DNA of 55,856 nucleotides from a virus (Duplodnaviria; Caudoviricetes): IMG/VR virus record IMGVR_UViG_3300031951_000193, positions 1 to 55,856 of that record; one strand, 5' to 3'. Shown piece by piece: positions 54,245 to 55,856 of this stretch (position 1 is its first letter; each line of letters starts with the position of its first letter). The notes under the pieces were generated by a model. It saw only the letters and a program-made list of their open reading frames with translations, ran no database searches and was not told where the DNA came from. The position numbers and the translations under genes were made by a program.

Positions 54245-54634
54245 CTACCAAGGCTCGTTCCGGGAAGCAGTGCGCTGCGGGGGCCGTTGCCGTGGCTCGG
54301 AGCCCCCTTGATCCTGCTCCTGTTTGGAGCGGACACACAGCCCGATGTCGTTGGCAACCATCCGCAAGGCGGTCCCTTCAGCGCCGTCGTTGCGCTTGAA
54401 CGTCTCCAGCGACAACTCGCCGGTGAGCAAGACCTTCATGCCCTTGCGAAACGTGCCAGCCGCGTCCTCGGCCAGACGGTCGAAGCACACAACATCGAGC
54501 CATGTGGTTTCTGGGTCGCGGCCTTCACGCTTCATCGTGCTGGCCACGGAGAACGTGACCATCTTCTTGCCAGATCGGGTGTCCTTGAGTTCCGGGTCGC
54601 GGCCCAAGTTGCCCGTGACGGTTGCTCGGATCAT
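54245..54634 (-). CDS. ssb: Single-stranded DNA-binding protein
   Basis: GNLGRDPELK.T.SG...FSVA...TTW.DVV.F...AE.....KG..V...G.L. Confidence 0.92.
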   Translation of the reverse strand: MIRATVTGNLGRDPELKDTRSGKKMVTFSVASTMKREGRDPETTWLDVVCFDRLAEDAAGTFRKGMKVLLTGELSLETFKRNDGAEGTALRMVANDIGLCVRSKQEQDQGGSEPRQRPPQRTASRNEPW

Positions 54635-54638
54635 CGGT

Positions 54639-54749
54639 TTACTTCTTCTTGCTAGAGGCCGAGGGCATCGTCTTCTTGGCCTGCGACACCTTGTCGGCCT
54701 CGGTCTTCTTCGACTGGCCGGAATGGCCGCAGGAACGATTCTTTGCCAT
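54639..54749 (-). CDS. 36-aa basic protein
   Basis: AAGGAG SD before ATG 54749; K-rich. Confidence 0.5.
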   Translation of the reverse strand: MAKNRSCGHSGQSKKTEADKVSQAKKTMPSASSKKK

Positions 54750-54814
54750 GGGTCTGACTCCTTGGAGAAACATCGGGCACTGACGCCAATCCGGGCCACA
54801 CGCCAGGACGGTTT

Positions 54815-55093
54815 TCAGGAAATCATCCAGATCATCACCGCCACCGCTGCCACCACCGCGAGGCCCGCGAAGTACCAAGCCGTGTCTGGGTGCGGCTGCT
54901 GGGAGCGAATCATATCGGTCAAGTCCACGTTGGCGCAATGCAGGCCGTGGATGATGTCATCCTTGGCGGCAATCATTTTCCGCAGGTGGCGAATCTCCTT
55001 GGCCCCCAGCAGGAGCAGGTTTCGCGGGTCATGCTCGGAGGACATGGGGTTGTCCCAGCACTCAATCATCTGGTCGGAGATGCAGCCCATCAA
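54815..55093 (-). CDS. Small protein with C-terminal TM helix
   Basis: GAKEIRHLR motif; YFAGLAVVAAVAVMIW. Confidence 0.6.
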   Translation of the reverse strand: MMGCISDQMIECWDNPMSSEHDPRNLLLLGAKEIRHLRKMIAAKDDIIHGLHCANVDLTDMIRSQQPHPDTAWYFAGLAVVAAVAVMIWMIS

Positions 55094-55365
55094 TCGGCCT
55101 TGTGGATCTTGGACCGGAAGATTCGCTCGTCCTCTTCCTCTTCTGGTTCGTGCGTGATCGTGATCGGAGACAGCGACTGCGGGCCGTCAATGTAGGCCCG
55201 GATGCCCTGCTCCAAGATCGCTTTCTCCACCCGCAGGACATGGATCGCCCGGATCGCGTCCTCGATCAGGGAGCCGATGCGGGCCAAGTGAACCTGCCGC
55301 CAGTCATTCAGGCGATCCACGATGTCGCGTTCGTCAATCACGGTGTCTTCGGCAGTGGTACTCAT
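55090..55365 (-). CDS. Small phage protein
   Basis: DIVDRL....A...I..LR pattern; ATG 55365. Confidence 0.65.
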   Translation of the reverse strand: MSTTAEDTVIDERDIVDRLNDWRQVHLARIGSLIEDAIRAIHVLRVEKAILEQGIRAYIDGPQSLSPITITHEPEEEEDERIFRSKIHKAD

Positions 55366-55478
55366 GGTCACCTGCGGTGTGCTGCCCGCCCCCGGCGCCA
55401 CGCCCAATGCCAGGGGAGGGGCTTGAGCGTGAAGCAAAGCGCCGGGGAGCGGGCTGCCATGGAAGTTGTACCGGCGTG

Positions 55479-55856
55479 TCAAGATCGGAGCAGGCCAACG
55501 GGCACGACCTTGTAGCCACCGGGACGCGACTCCCCGAGTTGCCATCCCAGCGACCCCGGTATCCACCCCAGGAGTTCTACGTCACGAAACTCCCCCGTAG
55601 TCTTTGCTCCCCATATCACACGCCCTCGGTCCCGCTCCCTGACGGCAGGCCCAACGTCAGTCCTTACTCGCCGCACTTCCACGTTAGTCCCTACGTCCGG
55701 CTGGTTGCGGTGCAGCCCGTGTTCGGACGCATGCCAGATCGAGGCGTGCCAGTACCGATTGATGTGCTTGGCGACCGCCAGTTCGCAGACCGCCGCCGCC
55801 ACCTGGGCCTCCCGGTCCAACTCCATCCGGGAGCGGTCATAGTACGGGGCGTCCTG
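55479..55856 (-). CDS. Hypothetical phage protein, 5' end outside the window
   Basis: ELAVAK...PDVG...EVR...LLGWI resembles a PD-(D/E)xK-like phage family. Confidence 0.6.
   Translation of the reverse strand, partial: QDAPYYDRSRMELDREAQVAAAVCELAVAKHINRYWHASIWHASEHGLHRNQPDVGTNVEVRRVRTDVGPAVRERDRGRVIWGAKTTGEFRDVELLGWIPGSLGWQLGESRPGGYKVVPVGLLRS

Larger units (their letters stand above)
1..55856. mobile_element. Tailed dsDNA bacteriophage genome (temperate, probably podovirus-like), largely complete
   Basis: Terminase, portal, major capsid, tail tubular and fibre genes, integrase, recombination and helicase genes; no host housekeeping genes; tightly packed co-oriented operons. Confidence 0.95.

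Overview
This window is most of the genome of a high-GC, tailed dsDNA phage. It is probably temperate and podovirus-like (no tape measure or sheath gene seen). The host is uncertain; Planctomycetota is my guess. Layout: (i) a + strand early arm (1-9141) with a TraR/DksA-like Zn finger, an unknown protein + MoxR-like AAA + HExxH/vWA (DUF2201-like) trio, HTH proteins and a serine recombinase; (ii) a - strand arm (18.6 kb down to 9.1 kb) with a RecE-like exonuclease, ERF annealing protein, SF2 helicase, a ~410-nt highly paired non-coding element, GNAT, HNH, Holliday-junction resolvase, a membrane-protein/papain-protease cassette and a sigma factor; (iii) a tyrosine integrase beside the 3' half of a tRNA(CAT), a likely attP lying inside the 5' end of the exonuclease ORF; (iv) a long - strand virion arm (55.8 kb down to 19.6 kb) with SSB, fibres, scaffold, capsid, terminase, portal, tail tubular proteins and putative internal/ejected proteins. 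The best leads are the helicase-linked structured ncRNA, the attP inside the first gene of the replication operon, a 13-aa leader shared by two virion-region proteins with synonymously diverged codons, a recurrent CCCATAAATCAGG promoter-like motif, and a candidate protease-based lysis cassette with no classical endolysin. All family assignments come from motif recognition by eye; no searches were run.
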